Positions 41,541 through 51,868 of a stretch of DNA of 64,000 nucleotides are shown piece after piece. Every line of letters starts with the position of its first letter. The stretch's first letter is position 1. The notes beneath the pieces were generated by a model, which ran no database searches, had not been told where the DNA came from, and worked only from the letters and a program-made list of their open reading frames with translations. The stretch is from an uncultured Phycisphaerales bacterium. GTDB lineage: Bacteria; Planctomycetota; Phycisphaerae; Tepidisphaerales; Tepidisphaeraceae. Location: contig CAVWVQ010000003.1 of the NCBI GenBank assembly GCA_963758525.1, forward strand, positions 768,001 to 832,000, in the 5' to 3' direction. Made by a program: the position numbers and the translations under genes.

Positions 41541-43410
41541 CTATTCAACTGTCACGCTCTTGGCGAGGTTGCGCGGCTTATCGACGTTGCAGCCGCGCAC
41601 GCAGGCGGCGTGATATGCCAGCAGTTGCAGCGGCACGACGCTCAGCAGGGGCTGCAGGGGCTCGGGCGCGTCGGGAATGTAGACCACGTGCTTGGTGTAC
41701 TGCTGAATCTGCCGGTCGCCCTCGGTGGCGACGGCAATCACCTGGCCGCCGCGGGCACGCACCTCTTCAATGTTGCTGATCACCTTGTCGTATTGAAGGC
41801 CCTTAGTCGCAACGAAGACGCAGGGCATTCCTTCCGTTATCAGCGCGATCGGCCCGTGCTTCATCTCGGCCGCGGGCATTCCCTCGGCATGAATGTAGCT
41901 GATTTCCTTCAGCTTCAGCGCGCCTTCGAGCGCGATCGGATAGTGATAGCCGCGGCCGAGAAACAGCCAGTTCTCGCGGTTGGAAAATTTCGAGGCGATG
42001 TCTCTGATCTGTTCGCTCTGCTTGAGCGTCTGCTGGATGCTGTCGGGAATCGCCACCAGCCCGTCGACGATCTCCTGGCACTGCGACTGGCTCATGAAGC
42101 GTCGCCGGCCGACGTACACCGCCAACATCGTGAGCACGGCGCACATGCAGGTGAACGCCTTGGTGCTGGCGACGCCGATTTCAGGGCCAGCGTGAAGATA
42201 AATGCCGCCGTGCGTCTCGCGCGATCGTGCTGCCGACGACGTTGATCACGCCCAGCGCCATCGCCCCCTTTTCCTTGCCCTCGCGGAGGGCCGCCAGCGT
42301 GTCGGCGGTTTCGCCCGACTGACTGATGGCAACCAGCACGGTCCCCTCTTCGACCAGCGGATTGCGATAGCGAAACTCGCTGGCGTAGGTGCATTCGGTG
42401 ACGACCTTGGCGAGATCCTCCATCAGATAGTCGCCGACGAGTCCGGCATGCCAGGCCGTTCCCTGGCCGGTGAGGATGAAGCGGCGCGCCTTGGTCAGAT
42501 CGCGGGAGTGGTCTGCGAGGCCGCCCAGCACGATGCGCCCTTCGCGCTGATCGAGGCGCCCGCGGAGGCAGTTGGCCACGGATGTGGGCTGCTCCATGAT
42601 CTCCTTGAGCATGTAATGCTCGTAGCCGCCCAGCTCGTATTCCTCGATCTTGTGTTCCAGCAGCGAGACGACCGGGCTGACAACGATGTCGTCGATTGTG
42701 GTCGTGCGAAATTCGTTGGGCTTCAGAACCGCCATCTCATTGTCGTTGAGGTAGACGACGCGCGAGGTGTGCTCGACAATCGCGCTCGGATCGGAAGCCA
42801 CGATGTATTCATGCTGGCCGACGCCGATGATCAGCGGCGAACCTTTGCGAGCGACGACCAGCGTGTCGGGCTCTTCCTTGCAGATGACGGCAATGCCGTA
42901 GGTTCCCTCCACTTCGTGCAAAGCCCCCTGCACGGCGCGCTGCAGGATCGATATGCCGGCAGGATTGTGATTCTTGAGTTGAAGCTCGGTGTACAGATGA
43001 CCGATCAGGACGGCCAGCACTTCAGTATCGGTCTGGCTCTGAAAGGTATGCCCGCGCTCGCTGAGCACCTTCTTCAGGGCGGCGTAGTTTTCGATGATGC
43101 CGTTGTGAACCAGGGCAATGCGCCCGGTATCGTCCACGTGAGGGTGGGCATTGGTTTCGTTGGGCGCGCCGTGGGTGGCCCAGCGGGTGTGGGCCATGCC
43201 CAGATGAGACGCGGGAAATTTCTTGCCGTTGTGCAGGGAGCTTTCGAGCACGCTGATTCGGCCGACCGAGCGCCGCAGGTGCAGTTCGCCGGCGTTGTCG
43301 ATGACAGCGATACCCGCGGAATCGTAGCCGCGATATTCAAGCCGTTTGAGCCCCTCGATGAGCACCGGCTGGGCAATTTTTCGACCGACGTACGCGACGA
43401 TCCCGCACAT
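41541..43410 (-). CDS. glmS: Glutamine--fructose-6-phosphate transaminase, frameshift near 42210
   Basis: MCGIV, LEYRGYDSAG, HTRWATHG, SQSGETADT, KPRNLAKSVTVE. Confidence 0.96.
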
Positions 43411-43443
43411 GAATCTCCTATCTTGGGCTGAACTCTACACCAA

Positions 43444-43506
43444 GTTAGCCGCGACGCGCAGCGGAGCGATCAATCAATACGCGCTCCGCTGCGCGTCGCG
43501 ACTAAC
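43444..43506. repeat. REP-like inverted pair (family C)
   Basis: GTTAGCCGCGACGCGCAGCGGAGCG … CGCTCCGCTGCGCGTCGCGACTAAC. Confidence 0.85.
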
Positions 43507-43661
43507 CCGGGAGGGATCGCCCCAGGTTTTTGAAACTGCTTCCTGGGGGAAGCAGCCATATACGTCATCGTCCGGCTCCTCAGGTCGCTGAGCATGCCGG
43601 CATGGCGATTTCTTCCCCTGGCACGTTAGCCTAGAGTGTATCGGACGTTCGCTTCCCGGCA

Positions 43662-45116
43662 ATGCAACAGGCCAAGGCCGCCATGGACCTCTTTCACGAC
43701 AGTCGCCAGAAGAACCTCGATCGCGTCGCACCCTTGGCGGTTCGCATGCGACCGCGAAACCTCGACGAATTTGTTGGACAACAGCATTTTCTCGGAAAGG
43801 GAATGCTCCTGCGACGCATGCTCGAAGCGGATCGGCTCACGAGCGTAATCTTCTTCGGGCCGCCCGGCACGGGCAAAACGACGCTCGCGAGCTTGATCGC
43901 CCAATACACGAAGAGCCATTTCGAGCAGGTGAACGCCGCCGCCGTCGGCGTGAAAGAAGTTCGATCGCTGCTCGACTCGGCCAAAGACAGGCTGGGAAAC
44001 TCCGGGCAGCGCACCGTTCTCTTTCTCGACGAGATTCACCGCTTCAACCGCGCCCAGCAGGACATTCTGCTGCCCGACGTCGAGGCTGGGCAGATCATCC
44101 TGGTGGGCGCGACAACGGAAAATCCGTTCTTCGCGGTGAACTCGCCTCTGGTGAGCAGGAGCCAGCTTTTTCAATTCGCCGCGCTGACCGAAAGCGACAT
44201 CAAGGCGGTGATCGAGCGCGCAGTCAAGGATAAAGCCCGAGGTTTCGGCAAGTTAGACCTGCAGATCGATCCTGCGGCAATCGACCTGTGGGCGACCATG
44301 TCCGACGGTGACGCCAGGCGAGCGCTGATGGGATTGGAAGTGGCGGTGTTGTCGCAGCTTGAGGAGGAAGGGACTGAGGGACAAAGGGACGAAGGGACAA
44401 AGGGGGAGGAGACGGGTGCATCTGGTCACGTTCCACGTTCCAATCACCAGCTCCACATCACCCTCGACATTGCCGAGCAGTCGATGCAGCGCAAGGCGAT
44501 CGTCTACGACGGCACCGGCGATGAGCACTACGACGCGGCCAGCGCGTTGATCAAATCCATGCGGGGAAGCGACCCCGATGCAGCCGTCTACTGGGTGGCC
44601 CGAATGCTGGAGGCGGGCGAAGATCCAAGATTTATCGCGCGGCGGATCGCGATTCTCGCCAGTGAAGACATCGGAAATGCCGATCCTCGTGCAATCATCG
44701 TGGCGGCGGCGGCATTCGATATTGTGGAAAAGATCGGAATGCCCAAAGCGCAATTAACTCTTGGACAAGCCGCGATTTACATGGCAACAGCCCCCAAATC
44801 AAACGCCTCGGCGCTGGCGATCTGGGCCGCGATGAAAGACGTGCGCGAGGGACGGACTTTGCCCGTTCCCAAACACTTGAAAGACTCGCATTACCAAGGC
44901 GCCAAGCGGCTGGGACATGGCGAAGGTTATCAATATTCCCATGACTTTGAGGGAGCATCTGTTCGACAAGACTACCTTGGTGTGGATAAAACATATTACT
45001 TGCCTGTCGATCGTGGGTATGAAGCACAGATTATGCAGCGGTTAAGAGAGATCAAAGACAAGACCAGCGAGCCACAGGCGTCGGGGAACGACACCTCGGC
45101 CCCGAAGAGCGGGTAA
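43662..45116 (+). CDS. rarA: Replication-associated recombination protein A (RarA/MgsA)
   Basis: [42 protein letters not shown]. Confidence 0.96.
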   Translation: MQQAKAAMDLFHDSRQKNLDRVAPLAVRMRPRNLDEFVGQQHFLGKGMLLRRMLEADRLTSVIFFGPPGTGKTTLASLIAQYTKSHFEQVNAAAVGVKEVRSLLDSAKDRLGNSGQRTVLFLDEIHRFNRAQQDILLPDVEAGQIILVGATTENPFFAVNSPLVSRSQLFQFAALTESDIKAVIERAVKDKARGFGKLDLQIDPAAIDLWATMSDGDARRALMGLEVAVLSQLEEEGTEGQRDEGTKGEETGASGHVPRSNHQLHITLDIAEQSMQRKAIVYDGTGDEHYDAASALIKSMRGSDPDAAVYWVARMLEAGEDPRFIARRIAILASEDIGNADPRAIIVAAAAFDIVEKIGMPKAQLTLGQAAIYMATAPKSNASALAIWAAMKDVREGRTLPVPKHLKDSHYQGAKRLGHGEGYQYSHDFEGASVRQDYLGVDKTYYLPVDRGYEAQIMQRLREIKDKTSEPQASGNDTSAPKSG

Positions 45117-45145
45117 TTTCAAACAAGGTTGCGGGAAGAAACGTA

Positions 45146-45739
45146 ATGAGTGACATGAAGAGCAAAGCTGTCATTCGGAAAGAATTGCGCGAAGTGCTCG
45201 CGTCGATGAGCGAGACGGAGCAGCATCAGAAGAGCATCGCGGCGTGCAATCTGCTTTGCCGGACGCCCGAGTTTATGTCTGCCCGCGTGGTGATGCTCTA
45301 CCTGAGCACTGCGCACGAAGTCGATACCGCCACCCTGGCGCTCAAGTGCTGGCAGGACGGAAAGACGGTTGTGGTTCCGAAAGTCAGTTGGGATCAGCGC
45401 CGCATGCTCCCGGTCGAAATCGCGACCCTGCAGTCGGGACTGACCACCACCGGCCACGGCGTGCGCGAGCCGATCACCGGCAAACCCATCCCTGTCGATA
45501 TGATCGATCTGGTTGTCGTTCCCGGCGTCGGATTTACCTTGACGGGACACCGCATCGGCCGGGGAATGGGCTTCTACGATCGCTTCCTGGCACAGAGCGA
45601 ATTCCTCGGCGTTTCCTGCGGACTGGGATTCGAAGAACAAGTCGTCGAGCAGTTCCCCGTTCTTGACCATGACATCCCGCTGAGTATGCTGGCGACCGAT
45701 CGGCGCATCCATCGCTTCGCCTCCGTGGGAAGCTGCTGA
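45146..45739 (+). CDS. ygfA: 5-formyltetrahydrofolate cyclo-ligase
   Basis: DLVVVPGVGF…RIGRGMGFYDRFL, HDIP. Confidence 0.93.
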   Translation: MSDMKSKAVIRKELREVLASMSETEQHQKSIAACNLLCRTPEFMSARVVMLYLSTAHEVDTATLALKCWQDGKTVVVPKVSWDQRRMLPVEIATLQSGLTTTGHGVREPITGKPIPVDMIDLVVVPGVGFTLTGHRIGRGMGFYDRFLAQSEFLGVSCGLGFEEQVVEQFPVLDHDIPLSMLATDRRIHRFASVGSC

Positions 45740-45776
45740 TCCAACCCGACAACCCGTAGAGAACAGGGAGGTTCTC

Positions 45777-46967
45777 ATGCAGCGTGATCGACGAGCCAGC
45801 CGGCCCCTCTTTTTGGCCTTGGCGGCTCTCATTTCCCTGGGCCTGTGCGGCTACGCACTCAAGATCAACCATGCGCGGGCCGTGGCGCTTCACCAGGCCG
45901 AGACGCATATTCCCGCGTCAGAATCTACTCCCGCGGTGGCCTTTACGGCGCCATCGCCGCAGACGCAGTCCGTGCTCCCGCTGCTGGCCGCGGTGACTGC
46001 CACGCCACCCGCGCCGGCGCCGCCCGTCGATCCCCCCGTTGCGCCCCTCATCACCAGCACTCCGCCGATCAATGCAACGGCCGTCGCACAGGCTGAGCCG
46101 ACCACGCGCCCCGCGGCGCTGCTGGCAACCGATCTGACTGCGACCCAGCGCCAGCCACCTCTCACAGTGGCGTTGCCGGCGCCCGCAACAGCGCCCGTGG
46201 CCTCCGGCGATGTCATCAACGACTCGAAGCAAAAGAAGGAAACCGGCGATCTCGTCGCGGCACGCGAGGAATTGAACAACGCGCTGCTGTCGGGCCATCT
46301 GTCCGAAGCCGACGCCGACGCGGTTCGCCATAACATCGCCCAGATCAACCAGACGCTGGTCTTCTCCTCCGAGCGCACCCTCAACGATCCCTGGGCAGCA
46401 GCCTATCCCGTGCAAAGCGGCGAACGCCTCTCCACGATCGCCGGCAAAAATAGTGTCACCTGGCAGCTCCTCTCCCGCATCAATCACGTCGATCCCAAGC
46501 GCCTGCGCTCCGGCTCCACGATCAAAATCGTCAAGGGACCCTTCTTCGCAGTGGTTTCCAAGAGCAAGTTTCGGATGGACATCTTCTTCGGCGCGCCCGG
46601 GGGGCCGGGGTCGATGTACGTCACATCCTTCGGCGTAGGCCTGGGAAAAAATGATTCGACTCCAACCGGCACCTGGCAGGTCCAATCCGGCAACAAGATC
46701 CTGCACCCCCGATACTACAGCCCAAACAATGCCGGCGTGATCGACGCCGACGATCCGAAGAATCCCCTCGGCGGATATTGGATCGGCCTGGAAGGTCTCG
46801 ACGGACAGGCCGTCGATCAACACTCCTACGGAATCCACGGCACCATCGACCCCGACTCCATCGGCAAGCAAGCCTCCCTCGGCTGCATCCGCATGGGACA
46901 CGACGACATCGAACTCGCCTTCGAGCTCCTGGTCGAAGTGAAAAGCAAGATTGTTGTCGTTCAGTAA
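45777..46967 (+). CDS. LysM-containing L,D-transpeptidase (YkuD family)
   Basis: TM anchor, Pro/Ala linker, LysM YPVQSGERLSTIA, catalytic YGIHGT…SLGCIRM. Confidence 0.9.
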   Translation: MQRDRRASRPLFLALAALISLGLCGYALKINHARAVALHQAETHIPASESTPAVAFTAPSPQTQSVLPLLAAVTATPPAPAPPVDPPVAPLITSTPPINATAVAQAEPTTRPAALLATDLTATQRQPPLTVALPAPATAPVASGDVINDSKQKKETGDLVAAREELNNALLSGHLSEADADAVRHNIAQINQTLVFSSERTLNDPWAAAYPVQSGERLSTIAGKNSVTWQLLSRINHVDPKRLRSGSTIKIVKGPFFAVVSKSKFRMDIFFGAPGGPGSMYVTSFGVGLGKNDSTPTGTWQVQSGNKILHPRYYSPNNAGVIDADDPKNPLGGYWIGLEGLDGQAVDQHSYGIHGTIDPDSIGKQASLGCIRMGHDDIELAFELLVEVKSKIVVVQ

Positions 46968-47204
46968 GATGGGTGTGGGCCGGCTGAGGTACTGGTGTTC
47001 ACACCCGACGAGTGGGATCTCTCGGAGGAATCAGACACCGAATGAATCGCGGTCGGAACGCCGTGATCGGGTGAAGACTGCTCGTTCGTCACTCACTGGC
47101 AGCAGGCTCGCGCTGAGCCAGCTTCTCGTTCAGCGTCCGCTGGGCGACGGCTGAATATCCTGTCAGCTTATTGCGAAGATGCCGGCCGGTGCTGTGGAAC
47201 GACC
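46494..47204 (+). repeat. Left copy of long imperfect direct repeat
   Basis: 3' half of the L,D-transpeptidase gene, intergenic DNA and 3' end of the YtxH-like gene; recurs at 51869-52684. Confidence 0.95.
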
Positions 47205-47211
47205 AATGGAA

Positions 47212-48291
47212 TCAAACGGCCACGGGCAATAGCGCTCGGGGCCTGGATTTGGGCTCGTTCTCGGCGAGGGCGAGGAGTGCTCCTGCTTTCTCGTCTGCTT
47301 CGAGTCGATCACCTGCATACTCGCACTGGCCGGCAACGCGGGTCAGGGCGTCCACAAGCGAAAAGATCGTGAATCGACCTTGTCGCTCGGCGAGTAAAAG
47401 GGCCTGCTTCGCAAGATCACGGGGGATGCCGTGTTTGAATAGCACCTTGGCTACGTCTTCAGCGTTGTCGCCAAGACGAGTCTCGAATGCCTTCTTCATT
47501 ACTCGGGCAAAACCGTCGCGTCGCTCATCTCGTCTTTCGACAAGCTGCGCGATGATGCGGCGGATTTCGCGGAGTGAATCCGAAACATTCGCTGTGTGTT
47601 TGCGAGAAAAGTCGACGACTTCCACCGCATCCCACACAATGTGATTCTGACACACGGCCTGGAACCAGAATGTCTGAACACCGACGGAGCGGCGACCGAC
47701 CTCCGAATTCCAAAGAAAGAATCCTGGCGCGAATGCCTCGCCTTCGATTTCGGCCCAGCCGGTCGGGTCGATGAGGAAAACGAACATGTCCTGCTCACCG
47801 CAGTACAAGCCCGTTGCCCCGTTCATCCCGGTTTGCGGCGGCTGGAATTCCGTCGCAAATTCTTTCACGATGGCCAGCAAATCCAGGTTATGGAGCCGGG
47901 TGTAGCTCGCGCCATGAATGGAGCGAACGGCCCGGTCCAGCGTGAGCACCTGCATCGGCTTGCCACCCTGGGGAAGCGTCTCGGCCAGCACGCGGCCCGC
48001 GGTATCGGCTGACACCTTGTTGACTGTGTCTTTGCTGACGCCCGCGAGCTTGCACAACTGCGAAAAACTCCAGTCATTGAGGCGATAGCTTTCGCCGTCG
48101 CCTCCGAGCTTGAGGTCAAGCCTGCTGCTCATCGGCGCCGTGAGTATCTCGGCCGGAGAATGCCAACGGTCGGTCGAGCGTTCCTTGAAATCCTGGCAGT
48201 GACGCCAGAGATCGTCGAGGCTCGCGAACCGTTCGTCGGCAGCCCGCCGGAATAATTCGCGGCTGGCTTGAGTCAGATTCTGCTTCTGCAT
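47212..48291 (-). CDS. DUF932-like protein (phage/plasmid-type)
   Basis: ELFRRAADERFASL, LNDWSFSQLC, GFFLWNSEVG…FQAVCQNHIVW; start taken at MQKQNL. Confidence 0.75.
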   Translation of the reverse strand: MQKQNLTQASRELFRRAADERFASLDDLWRHCQDFKERSTDRWHSPAEILTAPMSSRLDLKLGGDGESYRLNDWSFSQLCKLAGVSKDTVNKVSADTAGRVLAETLPQGGKPMQVLTLDRAVRSIHGASYTRLHNLDLLAIVKEFATEFQPPQTGMNGATGLYCGEQDMFVFLIDPTGWAEIEGEAFAPGFFLWNSEVGRRSVGVQTFWFQAVCQNHIVWDAVEVVDFSRKHTANVSDSLREIRRIIAQLVERRDERRDGFARVMKKAFETRLGDNAEDVAKVLFKHGIPRDLAKQALLLAERQGRFTIFSLVDALTRVAGQCEYAGDRLEADEKAGALLALAENEPKSRPRALLPVAV

Positions 48292-48532
48292 GGGAAGCTC
48301 CTTTCGGAAAGAGGAATGGGAAAAACAAGAAATGAAACCTTTTGCCAACTGCACCACCGGTCTCTCTGCCCGCGCGACGGCAATCACGCCGACAGAGAAT
48401 CGGTGAGCGTTCTTCTTCCCGAAATGGAGATGTGAATGAGCAGCCTAAAACGGCGTTCTGAATTGAGTTCTGACACGACCGGCGGCGCTAGTCAACGTCG
48501 AAGAATCGAAGCGGGCTCGATATCGGCAAGCG

Positions 48533-48558
48533 GCGGTTCAAATCCCCTTGGCTCCACT
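48533..48558 (+). other. tRNA 3'-end fragment (Ala-like), possible att-site scar
   Basis: GGTTCAAATCCCCTTGGCTCCACT resembles a T-loop plus acceptor 3' strand; no 5' half upstream. Confidence 0.5.
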
Positions 48559-48743
48559 AAATTCCCCGAAAACGGCTGATAGCGCCCCAATCAGTCATAT
48601 CTCACGATCTGGTAATTACTTATTACAATTTGCGGGCAGTTCAATCATATGGCGGGCTCTGCGAAAAACGTAGACTTGCGCTTGGCAGGGAGCGGGATTT
48701 GAACTCTCAAAGATTCCCTTGTAGCAATACATAGCGAATTTCG

Positions 48744-49544
48744 ATGATCTTGTGGAACCTTATAAGGCGAGAACCGAGAAATCGTATGGAAGCAGCCGAC
48801 GCAAGGAATCCAAACGTTCCGCCTTCATCACTGACTCGTTCAGACTTGATCAGTCGATTGTTTCCAGGCGTCGCGATGGTCGAGGATCACTCCGCGCCGG
48901 GTCGTGATCGGGTTGTCGGGAGGAATATTCGCGGCACCGCGTTCGTTGCTGATGAACGCGGCTATTTTTTCACTGCAAAGCACGTAACCCGAGGCCTTGA
49001 CCCGCGCAAGATGGAATTGCGAACAGTGTACAGCCGGCATAATCCGGATGTGTACGCAATGAACGCGTGTCGATCGATTGAAGCCATATATCCTCATCCT
49101 TACTTGGATGTCGCAGTTATCGCTGTCGGTGCGTCACATACGGTTGGGCGCGCTCAACTACCATTCCGCGCCGGCGGGCTCCGCCTCGGCGACGATGTCC
49201 TTCTTGTCGGATACGCGCATGGAACCGAGATTGTGTTTGCTGACGACATTCTTGGTGACGCGAGCCCCAAATCATTGTCCCCAGTCGCGCTTGCCGGGAT
49301 GATTTGTGCCCGTATTCCGGATGACGGGCGAAGGGTGCGGCTTCTCGCCTATGATTGTACGACTTTTCCGGGTTGCAGCGGCGGTCCAATCGTCTCGTCA
49401 GCGCTCGGTGGCGCTGTCGTTGGACTGCATCTAAGAGGGCTCACTAATCGGATCGGTTACGCTGTTCCCATCGAGGATTGCAATATGTTTGTCGAGGCGG
49501 TCGCAGAGGTGCATGAGGCGGGTCGTTCTACTGCACGTCGTTGA
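48744..49544 (+). CDS. Trypsin-like serine protease (start uncertain)
   Basis: Catalytic triad motifs FTAKHV, LDVAV, GCSGGP; no signal peptide. Confidence 0.85.
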   Translation: MILWNLIRREPRNRMEAADARNPNVPPSSLTRSDLISRLFPGVAMVEDHSAPGRDRVVGRNIRGTAFVADERGYFFTAKHVTRGLDPRKMELRTVYSRHNPDVYAMNACRSIEAIYPHPYLDVAVIAVGASHTVGRAQLPFRAGGLRLGDDVLLVGYAHGTEIVFADDILGDASPKSLSPVALAGMICARIPDDGRRVRLLAYDCTTFPGCSGGPIVSSALGGAVVGLHLRGLTNRIGYAVPIEDCNMFVEAVAEVHEAGRSTARR

Positions 49545-49568
49545 TAATCTTGATTTGAAGGAATCATC

Positions 49569-50105
49569 ATGGCCAAAGAATTGACCACCGAAGAATTGTC
49601 CGCGCAACTCGTTCAGTTCGTTGCCAAGGGTACCGCCGTTGCCGCGCGTCTGGCCTCTGAACGAAAATTGCCAATCAAATATGACCATGTGCAGCAAGCA
49701 TTGGAGGAAGTGCTCGCTGTGCGGCGATCAGAGCACTTGCTGTCCGAAGATTTGAGCGAAGACCGGATGCTGGAATTGCTGCGTGACTATAAGTTCGAAG
49801 GGCTGTTTCCGGTTGTACTTGAAGAGATTACTTTGGATGAGGCCGTTATTCCCCCCGGTGCCCTCCGACGACTGGAGGAGCGGACTGTCAAGGCGTCTGG
49901 CGAAGTGTGGAGAGTGCATAAGAATGACGCTGATCCATTTCCGTCTAATCCGCATGCGCACAATCTCGATTCGGGTCTAAAGCTGCACCTCGGCACGGGT
50001 GAGCTTTTCCTGAAGCGGCAGCTTGCTGGCAAAATCCAGAGTAAGGATCTGCTTGCGATACGTGCACAACTTACAAAGTTCACGCTGCCGGCCCTGGCGG
50101 TGTGA
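49569..50105 (+). CDS. Hypothetical protein with His-rich C-terminal motif
   Basis: RBS GAAGGA; WRVHKNDADPFPSNPHAH. Confidence 0.75.
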   Translation: MAKELTTEELSAQLVQFVAKGTAVAARLASERKLPIKYDHVQQALEEVLAVRRSEHLLSEDLSEDRMLELLRDYKFEGLFPVVLEEITLDEAVIPPGALRRLEERTVKASGEVWRVHKNDADPFPSNPHAHNLDSGLKLHLGTGELFLKRQLAGKIQSKDLLAIRAQLTKFTLPALAV

Positions 50106-50402
50106 ATCATTCTTCAAGGGACCGTCAGATTAGCAAAGGACTGGCAGTTGTAGGATTTTGGAAATTACCCCTCCCTCTGGCTCCGGCTCTGAAGCAGCGG
50201 TGTAAACACCTTCACCACCACCATCGGTCGGGCCGCTCCCGATTTTAGCCGCTTTGCGGCATGAGTCGCTGTATACCTCGACCGACGGCGATAGCGACGA
50301 AGCAGAGGAGTTAGGCCAGGGGCTACCATTAGCCCATTTCGACGCAACCATTCCGTAGCAGTAGAATAAGGCGGGATAACCTGTCCTTTCAGGAGGTTAG
50401 CT

Positions 50403-51422
50403 ATGTCCACGAACGCGGCCTCTTCGCTTGCGCATCTCGCACCACAACCGTTTTACGAAGCCGCTATTGCAGCCATTCAGCGGGCGAAAGAGGCCGGGGA
50501 ACATCGCCTTTACCTCGCGAAGCTCCACGGAGTGACTGAGAAACGACCGGAACCCAAGCCGATGGCACCGTGGGTAATAGGGCTCATGCGGGCGGTCGAA
50601 TCGTGTATCGACGCAAATTGGGAAGTTCACATTATCGAGAGGGTAGAAGATCGCGACCGTCTGGAATTCCTTTTGAAGGGCATCAAGCGATTCGACAAGG
50701 CCGAAGATTATTCGGTGAAGGCCATTCTAGGCGCTGAGGGACTACCCTTTCTGAACGTGCTCATTGCTGGACACGGTCAGAGCTTTCTTGCCCTAGACGA
50801 TCCACGTTATCGCCTCGCAAGGATGGGGCTGGAACTCCCCGCAGGCGATATTGCCAAAGTCATCGAAGCGTACTGGAAGGACCTCTGGGAGCGATGCCCA
50901 TACTGGGTTCGCAAGTCGTCGGGGCTCTACCATGGCGCAGGAGGCGTGGACGCGCTTCGCGACGTACTTGAAAGGTCTATTCGTAATCCTGCATTTGTCG
51001 CAATGTGGTTTGGTGACGATTCCACTCCGGAGACAGTCGCGTACATGGCGCGATTGTTCCATGACCACATCCAACCTGCGATCGAGCGCGCCGGTTACAA
51101 GGCGTCGAGGGTTGACTTGGTGCCACACAACGAGTTCATCATGGAGAGAGTCTTGCGCATGATTCGCGAGGCGCCTTTCGTTGTTGCCGACTTCACAGGC
51201 AATCGGAACGGCGTCTATTTCGAAGCAGGCTTCGCGCGTGCAATCAATATTCCCGTCATCCACCTGTGTCGCGACACGCATTTTGCACTCGCCCATTTCG
51301 ACATCAAGCAAATCAATACCACCGTTTGGAACAGTCCTGTGCAAATCGACTCGGAGTTGTCGAACCGCATCGTCCAATCAGTCGGAATCGGTCCGTATGC
51401 ACCGGTCGCATCGAAGCCATGA
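50403..51422 (+). CDS. Two-domain protein with C-terminal nucleoside 2-deoxyribosyltransferase/TIR-like domain
   Basis: RBS AGGAGG; AFVAMWF…PAIERAGY…RVD…FVVADFTGNRNGVYFEAGFA…PVI…FDI. Confidence 0.8.
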   Translation: MSTNAASSLAHLAPQPFYEAAIAAIQRAKEAGEHRLYLAKLHGVTEKRPEPKPMAPWVIGLMRAVESCIDANWEVHIIERVEDRDRLEFLLKGIKRFDKAEDYSVKAILGAEGLPFLNVLIAGHGQSFLALDDPRYRLARMGLELPAGDIAKVIEAYWKDLWERCPYWVRKSSGLYHGAGGVDALRDVLERSIRNPAFVAMWFGDDSTPETVAYMARLFHDHIQPAIERAGYKASRVDLVPHNEFIMERVLRMIREAPFVVADFTGNRNGVYFEAGFARAINIPVIHLCRDTHFALAHFDIKQINTTVWNSPVQIDSELSNRIVQSVGIGPYAPVASKP

Positions 51423-51466
51423 GGGGATACGGGCCGGTCGGACAGAACGAAAGGTGCTCCATCTCT

Positions 51467-51720
51467 TCATGTCCCATGATCGCCCTTCAGCAAACGGGTG
51501 AGTTCGTCGTAGTCCAATACACCTAACTTGTGACGATAAGTATCGACTAGCATGTGCGCTCCATGGGTCAAGTACGAGCTTATCACGATCAGACCCCGTG
51601 CGGCCCTACGGATGTCCGTATCCATGAGCAATTGCTTCATGATGGGCCTTCCGACCTTGTGATCAAGCGCGTGGCGCTTGCACTGAACGATCACCTTTTC
51701 AACTCCCAGCGCATGCTCAA
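51467..51720 (-). pseudogene. Mrr-like restriction endonuclease, C-terminal fragment
   Basis: VIVQCKRH…KVGRP…GLIVISSYLT…LDYDEL; the N-terminal half is missing and repeats start at 51724. Confidence 0.75.
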
Positions 51721-51723
51721 TGA

Positions 51724-51860
51724 GGGAAGTCATACGGGGGGAAGTCATACGGGGACGCAGCTAGTTCTGGGGAAGTCATACGGGGACGCAGCTAGTTCTG
51801 GAAGTTATAAGGGGGAAGCTAGTGCGTGCGGATCAACTAGCTGCGTCCCCGTTTCACTTC
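51724..51860. repeat. Nested tandem plus inverted repeat (GGGGACGCAGCTAGTT type)
   Basis: GAAGTCATACGGGG x3, GAAGTCATACGGGGACGCAGCTAGTTCTGG x2, opposed by AACTAGCTGCGTCCCCGTTTCACTTC. Confidence 0.9.
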
Positions 51861-51868
51861 CCCAAGCG

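Noticed and set aside
43411..43661. glmS ribozyme upstream of glmS
   Set aside because: I could not recognise the ribozyme core; the obvious hairpin is a family C repeat. An Rfam scan would settle it.
45117..45145. 6S RNA upstream of the 5-FCL gene
   Set aside because: Only 29 nt separate rarA and the 5-FCL gene.
48470..48479. CTGACACGAC upstream of DUF932, identical to 39210-39219, as a WYL site
   Set aside because: A 10-bp match without a partner half-site can arise by chance in 64 kb.
50125..50400. Small ORFs inside the cargo block between the His-motif gene and the NDT gene
   Set aside because: No recognisable motif in any frame; possibly decayed sequence.
47205..51868. Prophage or ICE
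   Set aside because: No integrase, structural, replication or conjugation genes are present.
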